64,000 nucleotides of DNA from an uncultured Gaiellaceae bacterium (lineage in GTDB: Bacteria; Actinomycetota; Thermoleophilia; Gaiellales; Gaiellaceae). Shown one piece after another: positions 55,645-64,000 of the stretch. The stretch spans positions 560,733 to 624,732 of the forward strand of contig CAWJWW010000002.1 in assembly GCA_963846665.1 (NCBI GenBank), in the 5' to 3' direction. Each line of letters opens with the position of its first letter. Position 1 is the first letter of the stretch. The position numbers and the translations under genes are program-made. The notes below the pieces were generated by a model, which was not told the origin of the DNA, searched no databases, and saw nothing but the letters and a program-made list of their open reading frames with translations.

Positions 55645-56385
55645 ATGGGACGGACGCTGAAGACGGAGGCGGTGGTGCTGCGCTCGTTCCGGCTCGGGGA
55701 GGCCGATCGCGTCCTCCACGTCTACACCGCCGACCGGGGCCGGGTCGGCGCCGTCGCCAAGGGGATCCGGAAGACGAAGTCGCGCTTCGGCGCGCGGCTG
55801 GAGCCGCTCTCGCACGTCGAGCTGATGCTCCACCAGGGCTCGGGCGAGCTGGGCACGGTCACGGGCGTCTCGCTGATCCGCTCGCACCACGAGATCCGGG
55901 AGGACTCCTACCGGCTCGCGGTCGGGATGGTCGGCGCCGAGGCGATGCTGCGGCTCTTCACCGAGCAGGAGGGGAACGAGCGGGCGTTCACGGCCCTGAC
56001 GCGCTTCCTCGACGGGCTCGACGTGCCTGCCGTCGCGCGCCCCGGCGCAGCCCGCGCTCGACCCGCTCGCGCTCGTCGTTCCAGCTGAAGCTGCTCTGGC
56101 TCTCCGGTTACCTGCCGCATCTCGAGAGCTGCGTCGAGTGCGGCGCGACGGAGGGACTCGCCGGCTACCGGCCCGCGGCCGGCGGCGCGGTCTGCCGCTG
56201 ACTGCGGCCCGGGGAACGTCACGCTCTCGACCGAGGGGCTGCTCGGGATCCAGGCCCTGCTGGGAAGCCCGCTCGCGGACGCGCCGCCGCAGGCCTCGAG
56301 CGAGCGAGGAGCCCGCGAGACGCTCGGCGTCGTGATGGCGTCGTACGAGCACAGCGGGGGCTTCCGCCTCCGCACGCTCGCCTAG
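55645..56385 (+). pseudogene. recO: DNA repair protein RecO (2 frame switches)
   Basis: TEAVVLRSFRLGEADRVLHVYT..GRVGAVAKGIRK is in frame 55645. LDPLALSFQLKLLWLSGYLPHLESCVECG and the tail are in other frames. Confidence 0.8.
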
Positions 56386-56392
56386 ACGCTCG

Positions 56393-56848
56393 TCAGGACG
56401 GAGAGCGGAACCGCTGCCGGAGCGTCCGCACGAAGCGGCGGGGCGGGATCAGCTGCTCGCGGTTCCGGATCGAGACGGTGCCGAGCGTCACCCCGAGCGC
56501 GACGATTCCGATCAGCGCGAAGATGTCGGCGAGGTTGAAGGCCGCGACCTCGGTCGACGATTCGAACACGATCGGGTTCGGGATCCCTTGCGACCAGGCG
56601 AGAGCGGCGATCCCGTTTCCCGCCGCCGCAGCCGCGAGCGGCGCCGCCGTGATCGCGACCGCCCGCGAGGGCACCCGCGTCAGCGCGAGGCAGCCGACGA
56701 CGACGAGCCCGGAGAGCACGATCCACGCGGTTCCCCGCGGGTGGTAGGCCCAGACGGGTGTCGTCCCGAAGGCCTTCAGCGCGAGGTCTGCCGCGAGGAG
56801 GGGCAGCGCGACGCCGAGCAGCAGTCCGAGGCGAGCGAGCATCGTCAC
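56393..56848 (-). CDS. polytopic membrane protein (weak signal-peptidase-II-like C-terminal pattern)
   Basis: 151 aa with 4 hydrophobic spans. AAFNLADIFALIGIVALGV is reminiscent of the LspA FNvAD motif, but the GN..DR aspartate is absent. Confidence 0.45.
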   Translation of the reverse strand: MTMLARLGLLLGVALPLLAADLALKAFGTTPVWAYHPRGTAWIVLSGLVVVGCLALTRVPSRAVAITAAPLAAAAAGNGIAALAWSQGIPNPIVFESSTEVAAFNLADIFALIGIVALGVTLGTVSIRNREQLIPPRRFVRTLRQRFRSPS

Positions 56849-56852
56849 AGGG

Positions 56853-56858
56853 TACGTT
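56853..56858 (+). promoter_or_regulatory. -10-like hexamer TACGTT, 7 nt upstream of ATG 56866, overlapping a minus-strand TACCCT hexamer
   Basis: TACGTT-cgtcccg-ATG on the plus strand. On the minus strand, TACCCT (56854-56849)-gtgacg-ATG(56842) fits the divergent membrane-protein gene. Confidence 0.4.
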
Positions 56859-56865
56859 CGTCCCG

Positions 56866-57287
56866 ATGCGCCGCGCGGTTCCGCCCTTCGAGCTGGACGA
56901 CGACCCGACCCGGATCGACCGCGCAGCCGTGCACCGGTTCATCTCCGCGGAGTCCTACTGGGCGAAGGGCCGGACGCGGGAGCAGATGGACGGCCTGATC
57001 GAGCGCGCCGACCGCGTCGTCGGCGCCTACGGGGAGGGCGAGCTCGTCGGGTTCAGCCGCACCGTCGACGTCCCGGATGCGCGGCTGACCTACCTCGCCG
57101 ACGTGTACGTCCTCGCCGGAGCACCGCGGCCACGGGCTCGGCGTCGAGCTCGTCCGCTTCACCGTCGAGGAGGGGCCGTTCGCGGGCCGGCGCTGGATCC
57201 TGCACACCGCGGACGCCGCGGGAACTGCTACGCGCGCTTCGGCTTCGGGCCCCTGGCGAGCGCCTGCTGCGAGCGCCCGGCGCCGCT
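56866..57287 (+). pseudogene. GNAT family N-acetyltransferase (frameshift near 57115)
   Basis: IDRAAVHRFISAESYWAKGRTREQ..VVGAYGEGELVGFSR..YLADVYVL is in frame. EHRGHGLGVELV..LHTADAAGLYARFGF is shifted. Confidence 0.65.
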
Positions 57288-58638
57288 AGTCGGTCTTCGG
57301 CGAGCGCCAGGGCTGCGCGAGCCGGTCCTGCAGCGAACGCGCGGACGCCCCCGATCGGGATCCGCTCCTGGGCGAGCGAGTCGCGGTCGCGGATCGTGAC
57401 GGTGTCGTCCTCGAGCGTCTGCGTCGTCGATCGTGAGCGCGTACGGCGTCCCGATCTCGTCCTGGCGGCGGTAGCGCCGGCCGATCGCGCCGCTGTCGTC
57501 GTACTCGGCGCTCATCGTCGCCGCGCAGCTCCTCGAAGAGCGCGCGCGCCTTCCCGACCATGTCCTCGTTCTTGCCGATCAGCGGCAGGACGGCGGCCTT
57601 GACCGGGGCGAGCTGGGGGTGGAGGCGAAGCACGGTCCGCTCGCGCTCGGCCACGACCTCCTCGTCGTAGGCGTCGATCATGAACGCGAGCATCGAGCGG
57701 TTGACGCCGAGCGCCGGCTCGATCACGTGCGGGGTGTAGCGGGAGCCGTCCTGCTCGACCCACTCGAGCTTCGTCCCGGAGGCGTTCGTGTGCTGGGTCA
57801 GGTCGTAGTCGCCGCGGTTCGCGACGCCCTCGAGCTCCGACCAGCCGATCGGGAAGAGGTACTCGATGTCGCTCGTCCCGCGGGAGTAGTGCGAGAGCTC
57901 GTCCGCGTCGTGCGGGCGCAGGCGCAGATGCGAGTCGCGGAGGCCGTAGCGCTTGTGCCAGGCGAGCCGCTCCTCCGTCCAGTAGCGGTACCACTCCTCC
58001 GCCTCCGCGGGCGGGACGAAGAACTCCATCTCCATCTGCTCGAACTCGAGCGTGCGGAAGATGAAGTTCCCCGGCGTGATCTCGTTCCGGAACGACTTCC
58101 CGACCTGCGCGATCCCGAAGGGCGGCTTCCGCCGGGCGATCTGGGCGACGTTCTTGAAGTTGATGAAGATCCCCTGCGCGGTCTCGGGCCGGAGGTAGAC
58201 GGGGACACCGGTCTCCTCGACGGCGCCGACGCGCGTCTCGAACATGAGGTTGAACTGACGCGCCTCGGTCAGGTCGCAGTCGGAGGTCTCGCCCGGCCGC
58301 TTGCTCGGCCGCTTCCCGCAGCTGAGGTCGTGGCTCGAATCGGCGAGGTGGTCGGCGCGGAACCGCTGCTTGCAGGTGCGGCAGTCGACGAGCGGGTCGG
58401 TGAAGCCGCCGACGTGTCCGGAGGCCTCCCAGACCTGCGGGTGGAGGATGATCGACGAGTCGAGCGCGAGGATGTCGTCGCGCTCCTGCACCATCGCCGA
58501 GAGCCAGCGCTGCTTGACGTTGTCCTTGAGCAGGACGCCGTAGTGGCCGTAGTCGTACGAGGAGCCGAGGCCGCCGTAGATCTCGGACGACGGGAAGACG
58601 AACCCGCGCCGCCGCGAGAGTGAGACGATCTTGTCCAT
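57286..58638 (-). pseudogene. glyQS: glycine--tRNA ligase, alpha2 type (frame switches in the anticodon-binding C-terminus)
   Basis: MDKIVSLSRRRGFVFPSSEIYGG..RPETAQGIFINF..FRNEITP..EFEQMEMEFF..GVNRSMLAF. The C-terminal [24 protein letters not shown] is in another frame. Confidence 0.9.
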
Positions 58639-58677
58639 GGTGACGGTGTCGGCCACGAGACGAGAGAGGCTACCCGG

Positions 58678-59134
58678 ATGACGCCCGCGGTCGTCGCAGC
58701 GGAGCGCGCCGGGATCGCGTTCACGCTCCACTGCCTACGAGCACGACCCGAAGGCGCCCTCGTACGGCCTCGAGGCGGCGGAGCGGCTCGGCGTCGACGC
58801 CGATCGGGTCTTCAAGACGCTCGTGGTCGAGCAGGACGGCGCCCTCTCCGTCGTCGTGCTCCCCGTCGCCGACCAGCTCGACCTGCGCGCGCTCGGGAAG
58901 CGAGCCGCGCTCGCCGACCCCGCGGCCGCCGAGCGGGCGACGGGCTACGTGCTCGGCGGGATCAGCCCGCTCGGGCAGCGCCGGAAGCTGCCGACGGTCG
59001 TGGACGAGACGGCCGAGCTCCACGAGACGATCCTCGTCAGCGCGGGGCGGAGGGGGCTCGAGCTCGAGCTCGCGCCCGCCGACCTCGTCCGGCTCACCGC
59101 CGCCCGTGTCGCCGCTGTAGCCTCAGCGCGGTGA
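58678..59134 (+). pseudogene. ybaK: Cys-tRNA(Pro)/Cys-tRNA(Cys) deacylase YbaK (frameshift near 58735)
   Basis: MTPAVVAAERAGIAFTLH, then in frame 58823: VFKTLVVEQDG..GYVLGGISPLG..ILVSAGRRG. Confidence 0.8.
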
Positions 59135-59967
59135 ACCCCGCCCGCGAGATCGTCGAGCTCCACATCCTCTCCGACTCCACGGGCGAGACGGCGACGCGTC
59201 TCGTCCAGGCGCTCGAGGCCCAGTTCCCCGACCAGCCCTTCGAGGAGATCCGGCACCCCCGCGTCGAGACGATCGACGACCTCCAGCTCGCGATCAACCG
59301 GGCCAAGGGAAGGCCGGCGGTGATGGTCTACACCCTCGTCGACCGCGACCTGCGCGAGTCGATGCGCTCCCTCTGCCGCAGCTCGAAGATCCACTACTGC
59401 GACATCCTCGGCCACCCGATCGAGTCGATCGCGAAGGTCTCCGGGATGGCGGCGAAGATGAAGCCTGGCGCCCGGCCACCGCTCAACTCCCTCTACTTCA
59501 AGCGGATGGAGGCGATCGAGTTCGCGGTCAAGTTCGACGACGGGGTCGGCAGCGGGCTCGCGGAGGCGGACATCGTCCTCGTCGGCGTCTCGCGGACGTC
59601 GAAGACGCCGCTCTCGATCTACCTCGGCTACCTCGGCTACAAGGCGGCGAACGTGCCGCTCGTCAAGGGGATCACGCCCCCGCCGGAGCTGCACGAGACC
59701 GACCCCACCAAGCTCGTCGGGCTGACGATCGACGCCGAGAAGCTCTCCGAGATCCGCGGCCTGCGGGTGAAGTCGATGGGCGGAGGCTCGAACCGGCAGT
59801 ACGCGGAGCTGCTCGAGATCTACGAGGAGCTCGACGAGGCCGCCGCGCTCCACCGCCGGCTCGGCTGCCCCGTGATCGACGTCACGGGCCTCTCGATCGA
59901 GGAGACCGCGCACCGGGTCGTCCGCCTCGTCGACCGGCGCCGCCAGGAGGCCGGGACCGCCCCATGA
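59131..59967 (+). CDS. ppsR: pyruvate, water dikinase (PEP synthase) regulatory protein, kinase/pyrophosphorylase family
   Basis: ELHILSDSTGETA..YTLVD..DIVLVGVSRTSKTPLSIYLG..ANVPLV (DUF299 pattern). Confidence 0.85.
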   Translation: MNPAREIVELHILSDSTGETATRLVQALEAQFPDQPFEEIRHPRVETIDDLQLAINRAKGRPAVMVYTLVDRDLRESMRSLCRSSKIHYCDILGHPIESIAKVSGMAAKMKPGARPPLNSLYFKRMEAIEFAVKFDDGVGSGLAEADIVLVGVSRTSKTPLSIYLGYLGYKAANVPLVKGITPPPELHETDPTKLVGLTIDAEKLSEIRGLRVKSMGGGSNRQYAELLEIYEELDEAAALHRRLGCPVIDVTGLSIEETAHRVVRLVDRRRQEAGTAP

Positions 59968-60122
59968 GCAAGCCGCGGGTGCCGCGCTGGCGCTGGGGCC
60001 TCTGGTGGACGATCCTGGTCGCCGCCGACGTCGTCTTCTACGTCCTCCTGACCCCGATCTGGCTCGGGCTCCGGGCCGCCGCCTGGCTCGCCGAATGGCG
60101 CTCGCGGCTCACGAGGGCTTGA
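59964..60122 (+). CDS. possible small membrane protein (52 aa)
   Basis: An ATGA overlap with ppsR. MSKPRVPRWRWGLWWTILVAADVVFYVLLTPIWLGLRAAAWL. It is below the ORF-track size cutoff and has no homology I can name. Confidence 0.3.
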   Translation: MSKPRVPRWRWGLWWTILVAADVVFYVLLTPIWLGLRAAAWLAEWRSRLTRA

Positions 60123-60137
60123 CAGCACCGCCAGGTT

Positions 60138-60166
60138 TTAGTCAGATGTCTATGACAACTGACTAA
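60138..60166. promoter_or_regulatory. inverted repeat TTAGTCAG-N13-CTGACTAA (candidate TetR operator) ahead of SD AAGGAGG
   Basis: Read directly in the AT-rich 55-bp gap upstream of the 60178 NTF2-like/TetR operon. Confidence 0.45.
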
Positions 60167-60177
60167 GGAGGCTCACG

Positions 60178-60549
60178 GTGGAGGCAGGAACGGCCGAGCG
60201 CACGCAGGAGCAGGCGATCGTGGAGGTGGCGCTCGACTACTTCGAGGGCTGGTTCACCGCCGATGCCGAGCGGATGCGCCGCGCGCTCCACCCGGAGCTC
60301 GCGAAGCGTCGGCTGGCCGACGACGCGGCGGGACTGAACGAGGCGACCGCCGCCCAGATGATCGAGGGCACCGCCGCGGGAATGGGGCTCTCCGCCGGTG
60401 ATCCGGGCGAGATCGAGGTCGAGGTCGTCGAGGTCTACGACCCGATTGCGACCGCCGTCGTCCGCTGCGACGTCTACCGCGAGTACCTCCACCTCGCGCA
60501 CACCGCCGACGGCTGGAAGATCGTCAACACGCTCTACGCCAAGGTCTGA
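60178..60549 (+). CDS. NTF2-like (SnoaL / lumazine-binding-like) family protein
   Basis: 123 aa. VALDYFEGWFTADAERMRRALHPEL..VVRCDVYREYLHLAHTADGWKIVN. SD AAGGAGG lies 6 nt before the GTG. Confidence 0.6.
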   Translation: MEAGTAERTQEQAIVEVALDYFEGWFTADAERMRRALHPELAKRRLADDAAGLNEATAAQMIEGTAAGMGLSAGDPGEIEVEVVEVYDPIATAVVRCDVYREYLHLAHTADGWKIVNTLYAKV

Positions 60550-61136
60550 TGGCGACGCGGCGGATCGCGCGGAACTCGGTCGAGGATGCGTTCCTGGACG
60601 CGGCGGAGCGGCTGCTCGTCCAGGTCGGCTACGCCGGGATCACGACCCGCAAGCTCGCCGAAGAGGCGGGCGCGAACCACGGTCTCGTCCACTACTACTT
60701 CGGCTCGATGGAGAACCTGCTCGTGCGGGTGCTCGAGCGGTTCACCGAGCGGCTGACCGAGCGCCAGCGCGAGCTCTACGCGACCGACCTCCCGTTCGTG
60801 GAGAAGTGGCGGACCGCGATGCGCTTCCTCGTCGAGGACGACATCGCCTACCAGAAGGTCTGGCTCGAGCTGCAGGCGCTCGGCTGGAACCGGCCCGAGC
60901 TGCGCGAGCACGTCGCGCGGGTCTTCGCCGAGTGGCGGGCCGTGCTGCTGGAGGCGTTCGAGCAGGCCCGGGCCGAGCACGCGATCGAGATCCCCCCGCA
61001 GGTGCTCGTCACGCTCGTGGCGACGTTCAACGAGGGCGTGATGCTCGACCGCGCCTCCGGGGTGACCGACGGGCACGAGGAGCTACTCGACTGGATCGAA
61101 GGATGGCTGAGCGGTGGCGACGACAGAGCGGCGTAG
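60549..61136 (+). CDS. TetR/AcrR family transcriptional regulator
   Basis: FLDAAERLLVQVGYAGITTRKLAEEAGANHGLVHYYFGSMENLL. Confidence 0.85.
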   Translation: MATRRIARNSVEDAFLDAAERLLVQVGYAGITTRKLAEEAGANHGLVHYYFGSMENLLVRVLERFTERLTERQRELYATDLPFVEKWRTAMRFLVEDDIAYQKVWLELQALGWNRPELREHVARVFAEWRAVLLEAFEQARAEHAIEIPPQVLVTLVATFNEGVMLDRASGVTDGHEELLDWIEGWLSGGDDRAA

Positions 61137-62040
61137 CGCCCCGGAGCAGTCGCGCGCCCTCTACCCCGACGAGGAGGGGTACGTCGAGCGCGACGGCGTG
61201 CGGGTCTTCTACGAGGTCTACGGGGAGGGCGAGCGGACGATCCTCTTCCTGCCGACGTGGACGATCGTCCACTCGCGGGTCTGGAAGCTGCAGATCGCGC
61301 CCCTGGCGCGGCACGCGCGGGTGATCACCTTCGACCCACGCGGGAACGGCCGCTCCGACCGGCCGACCGACCCACGCGCCTACGACGAGGCCGAGTTCGC
61401 GGCGGACGCGATCGCCGTCCTCGACGCGGCCGGCGTCGAGCGCGCCGCGGTCGTGACGCTCTCGCAGGGCGCGCAACGCGGCCTCCTGCTCGCCGACGCG
61501 CATCCCGAGCGGGTCGAGACGGCTCGTCTTCGTCGCCCCCGCGGTGCCGCTCGGCGACTCGGTTCCGGAGCGCCTCGGCCACGACTGGGACGCCGAGCTC
61601 GACCCCGATGCGGAGGGCTGGGCCCGCTCGACGCGCGCCTACTGGCTCGCCAACTGGCCGGGCTTCACCGAGCACTTCTTCTCCCGCTGCTTCACCGAGC
61701 CGCACTCGACGAAGCAGATCGAGGACTCGGTCGGCTGGTCGCTCGAGACCGATCCGGAGACGATGCTCGCCGACGTCGGCTCGGAGGGGATCTCTCGCGA
61801 CGAGGTGATCAGGATCGCCGGCGAGCTGCGCTGCCCGGCGCTCGTGATCCAGGGCACCGAGGACGCGATCACCGGGCCCGACGAAGGGGGTCGAGCTGGC
61901 GGCGGCGATCGGGTGCCCGCTCGTCACCGCTCGAGGGCGCCGGCCACCTGCCGCAGGCGCGCGACCCCGTCAAGGTGAACGCGCTGCTCGAGGAGTTCCT
62001 GCTCCCGCCGCGGCTCGCCGCGCCGCTGGACGCGCGGCAG
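61114..62040 (+). pseudogene. alpha/beta hydrolase (2 frame switches; 3' end unresolved)
   Basis: VRVFYEVYGEGERTILFLPTW..ITFDPRGNGRSD..VVTLSQGA is in frame 61114. The middle part is in frame 61544. GAGHLPQARDPVKVNALLEEFL is back in frame 61114. All three + frames stay open from 61979 onward, so no stop can be placed. Confidence 0.65.
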
Positions 62041-62041
62041 G

Positions 62042-63250
62042 GTGCGGCCGCCCGCGGGCGCTCTACGTCTCGTCGCCGATCGGCCTCGGGCACGCGCGCC
62101 GCGACGCCGCGATCGCCGACGAGCTGCGGAAGCTGCGCCCCGACCTCGCGATCGACTGGCTCGCGCAGCACCCCGTCACGGCCGCGCTCGAGGCGCGGGG
62201 CGAGCGGGTCCACCCGGCGAGCGTCCACCTCGCGAACGAGTCGCGGCACATCCAGAGCGAGTCGGCGGGCCACGACCTCCACTGCTTCCAGGCGATCCGG
62301 CGGATGGACGAGATCCTGCTCGCGAACTTCACGGTCTTCCGCGACGTCGTCCGCGAGGAGCCGTACGACCTCTGGATCGGAGACGAGGCGTGGGAGCTCG
62401 ACTACTACCTGCACGAGAACCCGGAGCTGAAGACGGCGCCCTACGTCTGGCTGACCGACTTCGTCGGCTGGCTGCCGATGCCGGACGGGGGCGAGCACGA
62501 GGCGTACCTGACCGCCGACCTGAACGCCGAGATGATCGGGCACATCGCCCGCTACCCCTGGATCCGCGACCGCGCGCTCTTCGTCGGCGACCCCGACGAC
62601 ATCGTCCCCGAGCGCTTCGGCCCCGGCCTCCCCGAGATCCGCGACTGGACGTGCGACCACTACGACTTCACCGGCTACATCACGGGCTTCGACCCGGGCG
62701 AGCTGCCCGCGCGTGACGTGCTGCGCGCCGAGCTCGGCTACGGCCCGGACGAGCGGGTCTGCATCGTCACGGTCGGCGGCTCGGGCGTCGGCGGCGACCT
62801 GCTCCGCCGCGTGATCGACGCCTTCCCCGAGGCGGCCCGCCAGGTCGACGGCCTGCGGATGGTCGTCGTCGCGGGGCCGCGGATCGACCCGGCGAGCCTG
62901 CCCTCGCACCCAGGGCCTCGAGCTCGCGCGCCTTCGTCCCCGACCTCTACCGGCATCTCGCGGCCTGCGACCTCGCGGTCGTCCAGGGCGGCCTGACGAC
63001 GACGATGGAGCTGACCGCGAACGGCCGGCCGTTCCTCTACTTCCCGCTCGCGCACCACTTCGAGCAGAACTTCCACGTCCATCACCGGCTCCAGCGCTAC
63101 GGCGCGGGGCGGAGGATGGACTTCGCGGCGGACGGGCCGGACGAGATCGCAGCCGCGATCGCCGGGGAGATCGGCCGCGAGGTCGACTACCGGCCGGTCG
63201 CGAGCGACGGGGCGGCCCGAGCCGCAGCCCTGATCGCAGAGCTGCTCTAG
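62042..63250 (+). pseudogene. glycosyltransferase (GT-B, GT28-C-terminal-like; frame switches near 62050 and 62915)
   Basis: ALYVSSPIGLGHARRDAAIADELR..VTVGGSGVG..VVAGPRID is in frame 0. VQGGLTTTMEL..PFLYFPL is in frame 63005-63250. The start is a guess (GTG 62042). Confidence 0.65.
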
Positions 63251-64000
63251 CTCGGGAGGCTCTGCCCGCCGCGCAGGACGGGCTCGAAGAGGTCGCCGCG
63301 CTCCTCGACCCGCTGGAGCACGGCCGCCATCGTGAAGCGGGCCGGATCGAGCTTCGGCGTCAGCTCCTCCCACTCGACCGGCGTCGAGACCGGCGCGCCC
63401 GGCTTCGGCCGCACCGAGTACACCGACGCGATCGTCTTGCCGGCGCCGTTCTGGTGGTAGTCGAGCAGGACGCCGTCGCGCTTCTTCTTCAACCACTCGG
63501 TGGTGAGCACGCCGGGATTCGCCTCCGCGAGCCGCTTCGAGACCTGCTCCGCGAAGGCGTGCGTGCGGTCGAAGCCGTAGCGGCGCGTGACCGGGACGAG
63601 GACGTGGATCCCCTCGGAGCCGCTCGTCTTCGCGTAGGAGCGGAGCCCGAGCCGGTCGAGCTCCTCGCGCACGAGCAGTGCTGCGCGGACGCAGAGCGGA
63701 AAGTCGCCGTCGGGCGGGTCGAGGTCGAAGAGGACGAAGTCGGGCCGGTCGGGCTTGTCCACGCGCGAGTACCAGGCGTTCATGTCGATGCAGTGCATCT
63801 GCACCATCCAGAGCAGCGCCTCGCGGGAGTTGACGAGCGGGAAGTCGACCTCACGCGAGCCGCCCTCTCTGGGATGGGTCGTGAACGTGCGGGTCGGGAT
63901 CCAGTCCGGGATCCCCTTCGGCGCCTGCTTCTGGAAGAACGAACCGCCTGCGATCCCCTCGCGCCAGCGCTTCATCGTGAACGGCCGGTCGCGGAGGTGG
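63247..64000 (-). CDS. ligD: DNA ligase D polymerase (primase-polymerase) domain protein, 5' end outside the window
   Basis: FQKQAPKGIPDWI..DFVLFDLDP..YAKTSGSEGIHVLVP..LLDYHQNGAGKTIASVYSVRP. The open frame continues past 63975 to the window edge. Confidence 0.8.
   Translation of the reverse strand, partial: HLRDRPFTMKRWREGIAGGSFFQKQAPKGIPDWIPTRTFTTHPREGGSREVDFPLVNSREALLWMVQMHCIDMNAWYSRVDKPDRPDFVLFDLDPPDGDFPLCVRAALLVREELDRLGLRSYAKTSGSEGIHVLVPVTRRYGFDRTHAFAEQVSKRLAEANPGVLTTEWLKKKRDGVLLDYHQNGAGKTIASVYSVRPKPGAPVSTPVEWEELTPKLDPARFTMAAVLQRVEERGDLFEPVLRGGQSLPS

Noticed and set aside
61979-62430. Possible alpha/beta-hydrolase-glycosyltransferase fusion, because no stop codon exists in any plus-strand frame after the hydrolase C-terminal motif.
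   Set aside because: The region has several indels and all three frames are open by GC-richness alone. The glycosyltransferase family normally starts just before its ..YVSSPIGLGH motif. An error-masked stop is more likely than a true fusion, but this cannot be resolved from this sequence.

Overview
Very GC-rich chromosomal DNA (about 70% G+C by eye, not computed). The gene content looks actinobacterial: SteA, an MctB-like protein, a DivIVA-like protein, DUF3866 and a LigD polymerase domain. A Thermoleophilia/Rubrobacteria-like lineage is only a guess. Almost all of the window is core housekeeping DNA.

Gene order, left to right:
- A frame-broken tyrosine integrase abuts tRNA-Glu(CUC). This is the edge of an integrated element that lies outside the window.
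- Next come a TetR regulator with a secreted protein, a nitroreductase, a GST and tRNA-Gln(CUG).
- An HD / RDD / two-ABC-exporter operon follows, then allantoinase, a UDG-family gene, a methyltransferase, a formimidoyltransferase, small membrane proteins, a cupin and an MBL hydrolase.
- hisS-aspS is followed by a DivIVA-like / Pro-Glu-repeat / RlpA-like trio, mnmA and a DUF948-sigma module.
- A long Bacillus-like syntenic block runs alaS-ruvX-mltG-aroE-aroC-aroK/B-aroQ-pepP-efp-(carboxyltransferase+BCCP)-accC-asp23-nusB-small ORF-ispA ... tlyA-nadK-recN-steA.
- The right third holds a GT2 gene, pyrG, an M20 peptidase, DUF3866, an aldo/keto reductase, ald, deoB-2x methyltransferase-deoA, fpg, a glutaredoxin, recO, glyQS, ybaK, ppsR, an NTF2-like/TetR pair, a hydrolase, a glycosyltransferase and a partial LigD-pol.

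I found no CRISPR array, cas genes, intact IS or prophage, toxin-antitoxin pair or recognisable defence island.

Signals the gene list does not explain:
1. Six copies of an AT-rich 25-nt hairpin palindrome (GTGTT-N5-AACAC core) with compensatory stem changes. Two copies sit in frame inside genes and two pairs are in inverted orientation.
2. A 445-bp non-coding gap upstream of mnmA with a candidate structured RNA or micro-ORF and degenerate tandem repeats containing two identical 29-mers.
3. A TANNNT hexamer 6-9 nt upstream of the start codon of nearly every operon-leading gene, implying leaderless mRNAs.
4. At least ~50 single-base frame disruptions by my reading. They are strongly clustered (none in 20.6-37.6 kb, very dense in 44.6-58.7 kb) and hit essential genes, so they are most likely consensus errors.
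5. A perfect (GAGCCC)12 tract inside a coding region.

None of these is proven to be a new system. The palindrome family is the best candidate.
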